Positions 8,397-18,449 of a DNA stretch of 64,000 nucleotides are shown piece after piece. The DNA comes from an uncultured Gemmatimonadales bacterium (GTDB lineage: Bacteria; Gemmatimonadota; Gemmatimonadetes; Longimicrobiales; RSA9), in NCBI GenBank assembly GCA_963741945.1, contig CAVUKA010000004.1:253500-317499 (forward strand). The letters run 5' to 3'. The notes beneath the pieces were generated by a model that saw only the letters and a program-made list of their open reading frames with translations, did no database searches and was not told the origin of the DNA. How positions within the stretch are numbered: the first letter of the stretch is position 1; each line of letters starts with the position of its first letter. A program made the position numbers and the translations under genes.

Positions 8397-11300
8397 ATGG
8401 CGGACGCGACGAATCTGCGACGGCGGGCGGAGGCCTCGGCGACCTGGACCGGGCTGGTCGGCCTGCTCCGAGAGCTGGGCCTCGAGGGAGAAGCGGACGT
8501 GGTGCCGCACGGCGCCTGGCCCGCCTGGGGGCTTGCAGCACCGGGCGACGTCGAGTGCCTGGTCATCGCGGGTCATGCCGGCACGCTCACCGGCCTCGTG
8601 CTCCAGCTCGGGGCGAGTGCCACCGCGAACACGATCGTGCAGATCGCTCGTGGGATCCGGCGTCGCAATCCGGCGAAGCTCTACCTCTTCGCGTTCGCGG
8701 ACGCGGCAGCCGGGCAGGTCACGGTCGGTACGTTCGCCTCGGACGCCGAGTTCCGGTACCTCCGCTTCGAGCCCGCGCGGGTCCTGGCCTCCGATGTGGA
8801 CGCGCTCCAGGAGATGATGGCGGGGCAGGGCGAGACCGGTCTCGAGCTCGCGCTCCGCCACGCCAGGGCCCTCGATCGATCCCGTATCACCCGGCGGTTC
8901 TTCGACCAGTTCCGCGCGCGGCGGGATGCGCTATCGAGGGCGTGGACCGGAATCCCGGCCAGCGCCGGGCGCGAGCGGGCCGAGCTGTCGCTCCTGCTCC
9001 TGAGTCGCCTGACCTTCCTCTACTTCCTGCAGCGCAGGGGTGCGCTGGCCGGCGACGACCGTTACCTGCCCCACCTCTTCGGCGCGTGGTGCGATGGCCC
9101 GCCGGAGCCGGGCAGCTCGTTCTATCGGGCCAGGCTGCGGCCCCTCTTCTTCGGCGCGCTCAACCGCAGGCTGGAAGACAGGGAGCCGCAGGCGCTCGAC
9201 CTCGGCGCCCTGCCGTACCTGAACGGCGGCCTGTTCGAGCCGCACGCACACGAGCGAGCGTTCCCCGACCTCGACCTCCCGGACCGCGAAGTGCTCTCGG
9301 TCCTCGACGATCTCCTCGAGCGATACCGCTTCACGTCCCGCGAAGCGGGCACGAACGCCGGCTTCGGCGTGGACCCGGAAGTGCTCGGGCGCGTGTTCGA
9401 AGGCCTCATGGACCCGGATCGCCGCGACGAGACCGGCAGCTATTACACGCCCGCGCCCGTGGTGCACCGGATCGTGCGGGAAGCCTTGAAGGAGTACGTC
9501 GCCGCCCACGTGCCCGGTGTCCAGCCGGGGCCGCTGCTCGATGGTCGGGTCGGGCAGCTGGACCCGGCCACGCGCTACCGGACACGCGAGACGCTGCAGC
9601 GGGTGCGCATCCTGGACCCCGCGTGCGGCTCGGGCGCATTCCTGGTGGGCGCGCTCCACTCCCTCGCGAGCGCGCTGGGGGCCGTGACCGATGGCGAGAC
9701 CCACGCCCTGCGGCAGAAGATCGTCGCCCGCTCCCTCCACGGCGTCGACCTGCTGGATGACGCGGCGCTCCTCTGTTCGTTGCGGCTCTGGCTCGCCCTG
9801 GCCGAGGACGGGAACGAGATCCGGCCACTGCCGAACCTCGACCACCGGATCCGCCAGGGCGACGCCCTGCTCGACCCCCTGGACCTCGCCGCCACCCGGC
9901 TGCCACCGCACCAGCCGTGGCACCCCGCCGCCGATCCCGACCTGCGCCGCGCGCTCCGCGCCGTCCCCGCCGCCGCCGTCGGCTACACGAACTCGGAGCC
10001 AGCCGGGCGCGCCGCCGCCCGGCAGCAGCTGGCCAATGCCGAGTCCGTGCTGGCCCGACACTGGGTCCGCGCGCTCTCCACCCGACAGCGGGAGTGGATC
10101 CGCCACTTCCGGGCAGCCGCCGCCGACCGGGACCTGTTCGGCGAAAGGCCCCGCAGCGCCCGCACCGCGGAAGCGGCATGCAAACAGGCCCAGGCACGTC
10201 TCGGGGAGCTGGAAGCCGTCGCTCGACAGATCAAGGAGAGCGGCGCGCTGCCGTTCTTCAGCTTCGGCGTCCACTTCGCGGCCGCGGAGCGCGGGTTCGA
10301 CATCATCCTCTCCAATCCGCCATGGGTCCGGTCGCACCGCTGGCCCCAGCGGCTCAGGAGCATCGCCGCGGAACGCTTCGAGGTCTGCCGGCATTCCGGC
10401 TGGCCGGCCGCGGCTCGCCTCACCGGCGTGCCCGCCGGTACCGGCTCTCAGGTGGACCTTTCGCTCCTCTTCGTCGAACGCGCCATACGCCTCCTCGCGC
10501 CGGGCGGGGTCCTGGCGGTGCTCGTTCCCGCCAAGGCACTGCGCGCGCTCTACGGCGGCGGGCTTCGACGTATCATGTTGCGGGACCTGGAGTTCGCTCT
10601 CATCGAGGACCACTCGCTCGATCCACACGCCATGTTCCGGGCCGATACCTTCCCGGCCATTTTCGTGGCGCGTCGGCCAGGCGACCCCGGGAGTGACCCC
10701 GGGAGCGACGTCAAGGGAACAGCGGCATCGGCGGTGCAGAAGCGGCTGGTCCGGCCGTCCGCGTCCGCCTGGCGCGGCGGGGCTCCTCTCCGCTGGAGTT
10801 CACGGTCAGGGACGTGGATCTCCCGCTGTTTCCCGGTGATCCCGCATCTCCATGGCTGCTCGCCCCGCCGGATGTGGTGGCAACGATCCGGGGCATGCAG
10901 CGGGCGGGCGCGCCTCTGGGTGACAGCGCCCGTCCGCGGGTTCACCGCGGCATGATGACCGGTGCGAACGAGATCCTGCTGTTCTCCCGTGTCGAGCCGC
11001 TGCTGGGCGGGCTGTCTCGGGCGGAAGCGGAGGGCTTCCGCAGGGCGCGTCGCGATGGGTCCGGCGCGGGCGGCGCGAGCCCCTTCCGTGCGTACGTGGA
11101 GACGTCATCGCTGCGGCCGCTCATCCGGGGTTGCGACATCGATGCATTCCATTATCGGACCTCGAGTTACACGGCCTGGTGCCACGACAGCTCCGGTGCC
11201 CCCGTGGCGCCGCCGCCGCGCATGGCGCGCTATCTGGCGCGACACCGCGCGGCGCTGGAGGCGCGGCCCGGTTGGAACCCAGGGCTGCCGCTCGGCGCCG

Positions 11301-11782
11301 TGTTCCGGCTGTCGGCCGCCACACTCGGCCCGAAGGTGGCGTGGCACGACCTTTCGGACACGCTTCGCGCCGTGGCGCTGCCCGGGAGCACGGCGTTCGG
11401 CGGGCGCCCGCGGGAGCTGGTCCCGCTCAACACGGTCTACTTCCTCCCGGCGCCAGAGCGGGACGGAGGGATGGCGCTGGCGGGCCTTCTGAACTCACTG
11501 CCCGTGCGGACGTTTGCCCGGGCCATCGCGGAGCGTGCCAAGGATGCCCGCTTCCGCTTTTTCGCCTGGACGGTGGCGTCCGTTCCGCTGCCACACGCGT
11601 GGGAGCGCTCGCGCGCCGGCCGGGAGATTCGCCTTCTGTCGCGGGCCGCGCACGAGGGCGGCGGGTTGGACCCGGCCGGCCAGGCGTCGCTCGATCAGGC
11701 TGCCGCGGCGGTGTACGGTCTCGGGACTGCAGAGATGGAGGCGCTGGAGCGGTTCGATCGCTGGCTGCGAGGCAGGCCATGA
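8397..11782 (+). CDS. Eco57I/type IIG-like N6-adenine DNA methyltransferase with TaqI-like C-terminal specificity domain; frameshifted near 10700-10760
   Basis: PYLNGGLF, LGRVFE, GSYYTP, ILDPACGSGAF (motif I), NPPW (motif IV); continues in the -1 frame with RGMMTGANE, PKVAWHD, PLNTVY and LLNS. Confidence 0.85.
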
Positions 11783-12312
11783 CGCCGGTATTGATGGACG
11801 AGGAGGCGCGACCAACGGTCCGGGAGCGGTTCGGCGCGGCCATGGCCGGCGCGGTGTCCATGGATGTGGCCGTGGCGCGAATCCGTCTCGCCGCCCTCGA
11901 CCTGACGGAGCGGGAGCTCGGCGGCGTGCGGCGATGCCGTCTGCTTCTCGGCGAGCTGGACGCTTCGACCCTGCTGGATGCCGCGGAAAGTGAGACTGCG
12001 CGTGACCGCCTGCGCGCGTTCGCCGGGAGCGGCCGTCTCGAGGTCCGGTCTGCGGGACTCGGTGCCTGGTCTCCCGACTTCTGCGTGAGCCGGGGCACGG
12101 CCGGGGTGGTCTCGATGGTGGGTGCCATCTACTTCGGGAATCCGCGGCTCCTCACGGGTCCGGCTTTCACACTGGTCTCCGCGGAGGAGGACTGGGCCGC
12201 ACTCCTATCGGTGCGATTCGACGCGCTGTGGGAGCGTGGCCACGACGTCCTCCCCGCGATCCGGGATGTCCTGGATCGCGCCGACGGGCTGGAAGCACCG
12301 GCGCCTTCGTGA
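11779..12312 (+). CDS. Small phospholipase D-like fold protein lacking the HKD motif
   Basis: ATGA overlap with the methyltransferase stop; PLD-like pattern (DVAVARI...RLLLG...LEVRS...MVG...FDALW) with WSPDF where HxK is expected. Confidence 0.6.
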   Translation: MTPVLMDEEARPTVRERFGAAMAGAVSMDVAVARIRLAALDLTERELGGVRRCRLLLGELDASTLLDAAESETARDRLRAFAGSGRLEVRSAGLGAWSPDFCVSRGTAGVVSMVGAIYFGNPRLLTGPAFTLVSAEEDWAALLSVRFDALWERGHDVLPAIRDVLDRADGLEAPAPS

Positions 12313-15032
12313 GTGCCCGTGCCCTCGGAATGGCGGGAGGACAGCCCGCGCGCCGTCGCGTTCCGGATCCTGGCGGAGCTCTTCCAGGAAGAATCGGCGG
12401 ATGCCCGTCGCCTGGCGGAGAACGCCGCCGGGGCGGGCATCAGGCTGCTCCCTTTCCAGGAGGCCGCGGTGGCCCGCGCCCACGCCATCCTCCGGCGTCA
12501 CGGCGGCGTGGTGGTTGCCGACGGTGTGGGGATGGGGAAGACGTTCGTCGCGTCGGCACTCATTGCCGGCGCCCTCCGCGACGGCGTGCCAGCGGGAGTC
12601 ATCGTGCCGCCGGCGCTGCGACCCAAGTGGCGGTCAATGCTGCGGGACATCGGGGCGACGGCACCGACCGCGGCCGTGGAGCTCGTTTCGGACGCCTCGC
12701 TCAGCCGTGGCTCCTTCCCGGCAGCCCTGTTCCGCGCCCGGCTGCTGGTCATCGACGAGGCGCACCGGTTCCGGAACCCTGCCACGCGACGGTACGCCGC
12801 CCTCGCCCGTCTCCTCGAGCCACGCGAAAGTCCGGGGCCACCGCGCGTGGTGTTCCTCACGGCCACCCCGGTGAACAACGCACCGGCCGACCTGTACTCG
12901 CTGCTTCGCCTGTTCGCACCGGACGACGCGTTCCGGCACCTCGGCGTCCCCAGCCTCGCGGAGGCGTTCGGCGCGGGGTCCACGGGCCGGCGCCGCGGCA
13001 TGGCCGACCATGCGGCCGTGCGGCGCGTGGCAGCCGAAGTCGTGATCCGACGCACCCGCGACGCATGGACAGCGCGCGTCCGCACCGCCTGGGCGCCGAT
13101 CTCCATGCCGTTGCGGGCGAGAGGAGCGCTCACCCGCTGCGCTTCCCCCTGCGCCTCCCTCCGCAGCTCATTCACTACGACGGCACTGCGCTGGAGCTCG
13201 CTGCCGGCGAGCTGGCACAACTCGAGCTGCGCGCGCCCGAAGCGGCCGTGCGCCAGGCGGGCACCGGCGGCGCCCGCCGTCCCTCGGCCTCGGGGGCGGC
13301 GGAGCTCGTCCGGCTCGGCCTCCTCAAGCGGCTGGAATCCGGCCGTGCTCCCGCGCTCGCGAGCATCCGCCGCCACCTCTCCTTCCTGCGGGCGTTCATC
13401 GCCGCGGCGGAGAGGGGCCGCCTCCTGCGCGCCGGAGGGCACGGACCGGGGGCCCGGGCGGATGCGGATCCCGCGCAGCTGCTCATCCTGGACCTCGTGG
13501 CCGATCCGGTGCCCTCCGGCCTCGACCTGCGCGCGCTCGTTGCCTCGGCGGAGCGGGATCGTGCGCGGCTCACGGGCCTGCTCGCCACGCTGTCCGCGCC
13601 AGACCCGAAGGTGGCACGGTGCCGGCAGCTCGTCGCCGCCATCGCCCCGGAGCGCGTCGTGATCTTCACGGAGTATCGCGACACCGCGCAGGCCCTCTGG
13701 CGAGCCCTCGCCGACTTCAGGGTGGCGCGGGTGGACGGCGGAGGCGGTTGGCTGGGACTCCGACCCGCGAGTCGGCGCGCTGTCCTGGAACGCTTTGCCC
13801 CGGCGGCAATGGGCCAGCCGGAGCCCGTCGCGCGGGAGCGGGTCGACGTCCTGGTGGCCACCGACGTGTTCGGAGAGGGGGTGGACCTCCAGGACGCACG
13901 GCACGTCATCAGCTTCGACCTCCCATGGAATCCCGTCCGGCTCCTCCAGCGAACCGGCCGCGTGGATCGGCTCGGCTCCCCCCACCGTGAGGTCGTGCCC
14001 TACCTGTTCGTGCCGGACGGCGCACTCGATGCCCTCCTGGGCCTGACCCGCCGGATCCGGGGCAAGCTCATCGGGATCACGGGAACGGTGGGAGCGGAAG
14101 GCGCGCCGGACCTGCTGGAGTGCCTGGGGCGAGGGAGCGCCGCCGTGGCAGAGGCGCTCGACTGGATGGCCCTGTCCGGTGACCCGGTGATGATGGAGTC
14201 GCTGCGGCGACTCTGGGAAAGGACGCCGCGAGACGACGCTCTCGCCGCGGAGCGGAAACTGCCGCGGGGGAGCCGCACGGCCGCGCCCGTGGACGTGGGC
14301 TCGGACCCGGTCATCCTGGTCCGCGCCGCCGGGAAAGCGTGGCTGCTTCAGCCTTCGGCGGAGGACGGAGGCCCGGCTCTCAGGGAGGCGGACCACACGG
14401 CGGTGGTCACGATCCAGGCCGCGCTCCCGCTCCTCCATGCGGACCGCCCCGTACCCGCTGTCACCCTGGCCGCCGTGGACCGAATGGTGGAGCGGTTCCT
14501 GGCCGAGATCCGGTCCAGGCGGCGCGCTCCCGCGGCCGTGCCAGGGGGAGCGGCCGTCGCCCGGGTAGCCGCTGCGATCCGGACCTGGGCGGAAGTCGAC
14601 GGAACGGCCGCCGGCCCGACGACCCTCGCCCGCGCCGACCGCCTGCTCGCCCGACTCGCGAAGCCGCCAGGTCCCGCCGTGGAGCGCAGGCTGCGCACTC
14701 TCCTGCATCAGCAGCCGGTCAGGGATGGGATGCGCGCGTGGATCACCGCCATCGAAGAAGCGCTCGGAGTGGAGCCGCCCCTGACGCCGCCGGAAGACTC
14801 GGCCGCGGGCTGGAAGCAGCCAGGCACCGCGGCCCGGCCGGATCCCATCACCGGCTCCCGCGCGGACACCATCCTCGCGCTGATCCCCGGCTCCTCCAGA
14901 GGCTGGGAGGCATCGCGTCGACGCCCGCCAGGAATGGACCGGGCGCCGCAGAACCGGCGCGTCAGCGGGCGGGCACACGACGCGCCGGGCCGCCCGCACG
15001 AAGCGGTTGACGGAGCCGGTGGCCCTGATTAG
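12313..15032 (+). CDS. SNF2-family helicase/translocase; frameshifted near 13060-13135
   Basis: ADGVGMGKT, IDEAH, LTATPVNN and IRRTR in the first frame; VIFTEYRDT, ATDVFGEGVDLQ and WNPVRLLQRTGRVDR in the -1 frame. Confidence 0.85.
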
Positions 15033-15035
15033 CTT
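15007..15035 (+). promoter_or_regulatory. Sigma70 promoter of tRNA-Asn
   Basis: TTGACG-17 nt-TAGCTT, 11 nt before the tRNA. Confidence 0.7.
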
Positions 15036-15046
15036 CGGCCGTCTAT

Positions 15047-15119
15047 TCCCGCGTAGCTCAGCTGGTAGAGCAACCGGCTGTTAACCGGTTTGTCGCAGGT
15101 TCGAGTCCTGCCGCGGGAG
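15047..15119 (+). tRNA. tRNA-Asn(GTT); CCA not encoded
   Basis: Cloverleaf: TCCCGCG/CGCGGGA acceptor stem, GCTC/GAGC D arm, ACCGG-CTGTTAA-CCGGT anticodon arm, GCAGG-TTCGAGT-CCTGC T arm. Confidence 0.97.
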
Positions 15120-15123
15120 CTGA

Positions 15124-15178
15124 AACCGCCGCCGAGACCCCCTTGTGCCGCAAGGGATTCCGGCGGCGGTTGCGTTTT
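15124..15178. terminator. Terminator-like hairpin between the tRNA and the convergent phosphatase gene
   Basis: AACCGCCGCCG/CGGCGGCGGTT stem with inner CCCTTG/CAAGGG, followed by GCGTTTT. Confidence 0.65.
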
Positions 15179-15201
15179 GGGTGTTGTTTCCGGCGGCCGT
15201 T

Positions 15202-16410
15202 TTACCCGGAGCGTCGCAGTCCGAAGAGGGTCACGTCGTCGAAAGGATCGGCCTCACGGGTGTGGCTCCGCAGCGCTTCGATGACGGCGTCGAGCGTTTC
15301 TTCCACCGAGGCTCGCGGCTCGTCGAGGATGTGGATGAGCCGGTCCTGTGAGAAGGGGGCGCCATCGGGGGATCGAGCATCCACTACACCGTCCGTGAAA
15401 ACCACCAGGGTATCGCCGGGCTCGAGGCGTGTGTGGTCGCTATTGAACTCGAGGCCCGGGAGCATCCCCACCGCGGGCCCGGTGGGCGCGAGAACCGCCT
15501 TGATCCCGTTGCGCGCGGTGACCACCGGGGCGTCGTGTCCGCCATTTACGTACACGATCTCGCCGGTGGCCGGGTCCAGGATGGCCAGGAAGATGGTGGC
15601 GAACATGTGCGTGCTGCCGTGATTGATCGCGACGTAATCATTGACCGCTCCCATGAGGCGACGGGTCTGGGCGCGGGGATCGCCATCGGGGGTGAGGAAG
15701 CGGTCGCTCAGCGAGCGGAGAAGCGTGCGAACGAGGGCCATGAAGAGGGCGGCGCCGACTCCCTTCCCGCAGACATCGGCCACGACGATCCCGACGCGCG
15801 CGCCCTCGTCGAGGAGGAACGCGTCATAGAAGTCTCCAGCCACGGTGCGCGCCGGCTGGAACCGGGCGGCGAGCTCCCAGCCGGCGGGGGCGGGGAGTGT
15901 CTCGGGGAGGAAGCCGGCCTGGATGTCCCGGGCGATGTCGATCTCGCGCGCGAGGGCCCGGGCATAGAGCTTCTCGCGGTCCCGGAGCCGCTTCTTGGCC
16001 AGACAGGCCTCGACGCGCGCATGGAGGATCTGGGGGTTGAACGGCTTCGGCAGGTGATCGTCCGCGCCCATCTCGATGCCCCGGATCACGCTCTGGGTGT
16101 CGTCGAGGGCGGAGATGAGGATGACCGGCATGTGGCGGAGGGCTTCGTCGCCCCGGATGTGCTCGAGCACCTCGTAGCCGTTCATCTCGGGCATCATGAT
16201 GTCGAGCAGCACCACGTCGAACGGCTGGCTGGCCATGCGATCGAGGGCCTCGCGGCCGTTCCCGGCCTCTTCCACGGTGTGGCCCCGCCGCGTAAGGCGA
16301 CGGACGAGCATCTCCCTGTTCACGGTGGTATCGTCGACCACCAGGATGTGGCCAGGCTCGCCGAGGATCCTGTCGCCTCCACCGGCGTCGGTCGCCGGGC
16401 CGTCAGGCAC
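15202..16410 (-). CDS. Response regulator receiver + PP2C/SpoIIE phosphatase (RsbU/RsbP-like)
   Basis: ILVVDD, LLDIMMP and KP receiver motifs; VAGDFYD, ADVCGKG, FTDGV and DDVT phosphatase motifs. Confidence 0.93.
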   Translation of the reverse strand: MPDGPATDAGGGDRILGEPGHILVVDDTTVNREMLVRRLTRRGHTVEEAGNGREALDRMASQPFDVVLLDIMMPEMNGYEVLEHIRGDEALRHMPVILISALDDTQSVIRGIEMGADDHLPKPFNPQILHARVEACLAKKRLRDREKLYARALAREIDIARDIQAGFLPETLPAPAGWELAARFQPARTVAGDFYDAFLLDEGARVGIVVADVCGKGVGAALFMALVRTLLRSLSDRFLTPDGDPRAQTRRLMGAVNDYVAINHGSTHMFATIFLAILDPATGEIVYVNGGHDAPVVTARNGIKAVLAPTGPAVGMLPGLEFNSDHTRLEPGDTLVVFTDGVVDARSPDGAPFSQDRLIHILDEPRASVEETLDAVIEALRSHTREADPFDDVTLFGLRRSG

Positions 16411-17266
16411 TGGCCTTCTCGAGCGTGCGGTGCAGGTAGTCGAGATGGCTCTCGGTGGCGCGCTCCCCCTCTCGGATGACGTATGGGATCTGGTCGGTGT
16501 CGAAGAGGCCGATGCGGCGCTCGAACTCAGGCACGACCGTCACGATCTCCGCGTGGTGCGCGAGGCTGTGGAACGAGTAATTCGCCCGGAGCAGATTGTT
16601 GGTGTAGATGCTGTTGATCTGGAAGGCATAGCGGGTGGCGGACCGGACCCGTCGCGGGTAGGGGCTTTCGAAGCCCATGGCCAGGATGACGTCCGCGCCC
16701 TCCCGCATGGCGACGTCCACGGGAAGCGGATCGGAGAGGCAGCCGTCGAGGAGCCAGCGGTCGCCGATCTGCCACGGCTCCCAGATGTACGGGATGGCGA
16801 CGCTCGCGCGGATTGCATCCCTGACGCTCCCCTGGTCGAGGACGACCCGTTCCCCGTTCGCCACGTCCGTGGCGACGATGTAGAGCGGGATCGTGGCATC
16901 CTCGAAGGCGCGGCCGCCGAAGGGGCGGTCGAGGGCGGCGAGGAGCAGGTCGCCGTTGACCATCCCGAAGAAGCCGCGGAACCCGAAGAGGCGCGGCAAC
17001 GCGGCACTGAGCATGGAGCGGAGGTCCCTGCGCTTCGTCACCTCGCGCGTCCACAGCTCGCGGGTGAGCCGCTCGCACTCGTCCACGGAATAGCCGAGCG
17101 CCATCACGCCGGCGTACAGGCTGCCGCCGCTGCAGCCCACGACCATGTCGATCTCGATGCCCTCGCGGGCGAGCACTTTCCACATGCCGAGGGCCGCAGC
17201 GCACTTGACACTGCCGGCGCCGATGACCAGCGCGACCCTCTTCTTCCGCCCCGTCGTGGTCTGCAT
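16403..17266 (-). CDS. Patatin-like phospholipase
   Basis: Gly-rich loop variant GAGSVKC, nucleophile GCSGG, ATD, RASVAIP, catalytic DGC. Confidence 0.88.
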   Translation of the reverse strand: MQTTTGRKKRVALVIGAGSVKCAAALGMWKVLAREGIEIDMVVGCSGGSLYAGVMALGYSVDECERLTRELWTREVTKRRDLRSMLSAALPRLFGFRGFFGMVNGDLLLAALDRPFGGRAFEDATIPLYIVATDVANGERVVLDQGSVRDAIRASVAIPYIWEPWQIGDRWLLDGCLSDPLPVDVAMREGADVILAMGFESPYPRRVRSATRYAFQINSIYTNNLLRANYSFHSLAHHAEIVTVVPEFERRIGLFDTDQIPYVIREGERATESHLDYLHRTLEKASA

Positions 17267-17279
17267 GATCCGCCCCCGC

Positions 17280-17630
17280 TCAGGCCGGGGCCGCTTCGCC
17301 GAAGCTCTCGACGGCGGCGTCCACGGTGTCGTAGAGCTTGAGGATGGAGGTGAAGCCGCTCAGGTCGAGCACTTTCCGGACGTTGGGCTGGACAGCGGCC
17401 AGACGCAGATCGCCGCCGCCACTGCGGGCGCGCTTCACGGTGGCCAGGAGCGCGCGGAGTCCGGCGCTGCTGGTGTAGTCGACGCCGCTCAGGTCGGCCA
17501 CGAGGCGTGTGTGCCCATCGTCGACGTAGGCCTCGAGAGTCTCCATGAGCGTGTCCGCCGTGAGGCCGTCCACGCTGCCCTGGATGGCGACGATCAGGGC
17601 GGTGGCCCGCGGTTCGCTTTCAATCTGCAT
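17280..17630 (-). CDS. STAS-domain anti-sigma factor antagonist (RsbV/SpoIIAA-like)
   Basis: DLSGVDYTSSAGLRALL with phosphoacceptor Ser; VLDLSGF. Confidence 0.92.
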   Translation of the reverse strand: MQIESEPRATALIVAIQGSVDGLTADTLMETLEAYVDDGHTRLVADLSGVDYTSSAGLRALLATVKRARSGGGDLRLAAVQPNVRKVLDLSGFTSILKLYDTVDAAVESFGEAAPA

Positions 17631-18045
17631 CGGCTTCTCCCAGGTTCTTGACGAGCGTGAGGATGTTCCCCTGCTCCGTGGCCGCGCGGTAGTGGACCTC
17701 GTCCATGAGCTGGAGAACGAGGTGCCAGCCGAGGCCACCCTCCTTCCGGTCCTCCAGCGCGCTGTCCAGGTCCGGCTCGGGGGACTCGTGGGGGTCGAAG
17801 GGGGGTGAGCGGTCCGCGAGGGTGAGTGTGATGGCGTGCCCATCGTGGACGAGCGCGGAGCGGACCGGCCCGGGCTCGCCCTTGTAGCCGTGTCTGATGA
17901 TGTTGGTGAAAGCCTCCTCGGCGGCCAGGCGCACGGCGAATGCGGTAGCGTCCGGTGCGCCGATGCGGCGGCACTGTTCATCGACGAACGCGAGGAGCTC
18001 GGGCAGATCCTCGATGCGGGCGGAGTCGAAGGAGGGGCCGTTCAT
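17620..18045 (-). CDS. Anti-sigma factor Ser/Thr kinase (RsbW-like HATPase_c_2)
   Basis: EEAFTNIIRHGY, PFDP and GGLGWHLV...MDEV motifs; this is the real gene inside the 1190-aa shadow ORF. Confidence 0.9.
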   Translation of the reverse strand: MNGPSFDSARIEDLPELLAFVDEQCRRIGAPDATAFAVRLAAEEAFTNIIRHGYKGEPGPVRSALVHDGHAITLTLADRSPPFDPHESPEPDLDSALEDRKEGGLGWHLVLQLMDEVHYRAATEQGNILTLVKNLGEADAD

Positions 18046-18434
18046 CCGAGGGTCGGATCCGGCGCCGGGATCTCGCCGAGGAACGCCGACATCTTGTCGA
18101 GCAGCCGCTCCAGCTGGATCGGCTTGGTATCGAAGTCGTCGCACCCGGCGGCCATCGCCCTCTGCCGGTCGCCCTCCATGGCGTGAGCGGTGAGCGCGAT
18201 CACCGGGATCGACCGGGTCTTCGGGTCGGCCTTGAGCCGGCGGGTGGCCTCCCACCCATCCATGATGGGCATGCTGAGGTCCATGAGGATCAGCGCGGGA
18301 GGGTCGCTCGCGGCCAGTGCCAGCGCCGCTTCGCCGTGCTCCGCGAAGGACAGCTCGAAGCCGCGGCGCCGCAGCCTGCGAGCCAGGATCTCCCGGTTCA
18401 GCTCGTTCTCCTCGACGATCATCACTTTCATCAC
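18042..18434 (-). CDS. Single-domain response regulator (DivK/CheY-like)
   Basis: LILMDLSMP, ALTAHAM and DFDTKP motifs. Confidence 0.92.
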   Translation of the reverse strand: MMKVMIVEENELNREILARRLRRRGFELSFAEHGEAALALAASDPPALILMDLSMPIMDGWEATRRLKADPKTRSIPVIALTAHAMEGDRQRAMAAGCDDFDTKPIQLERLLDKMSAFLGEIPAPDPTLG

Positions 18435-18449
18435 GGTCCGCTCCCCCTG

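Noticed and set aside
10705-10725. Programmed -1 frameshift at AAGGGAAC
   Set aside because: Not a canonical X XXY YYZ heptamer, and other indels in the window point to assembly error.
12498-14999. Long antisense ORFs (for example 833 aa here, 653 aa at 28474, 722 aa at 32599)
   Set aside because: Antisense shadows of real genes, expected at this GC content.
8397-15032. Calling the module DISARM or BREX
   Set aside because: No DrmA/DrmB (DUF1998), PglZ, BrxC or BrxL genes nearby.
15047-15200. tRNA-Asn as an integration site of a genomic island
   Set aside because: No integrase, and I saw no duplicated tRNA 3' end in the window.
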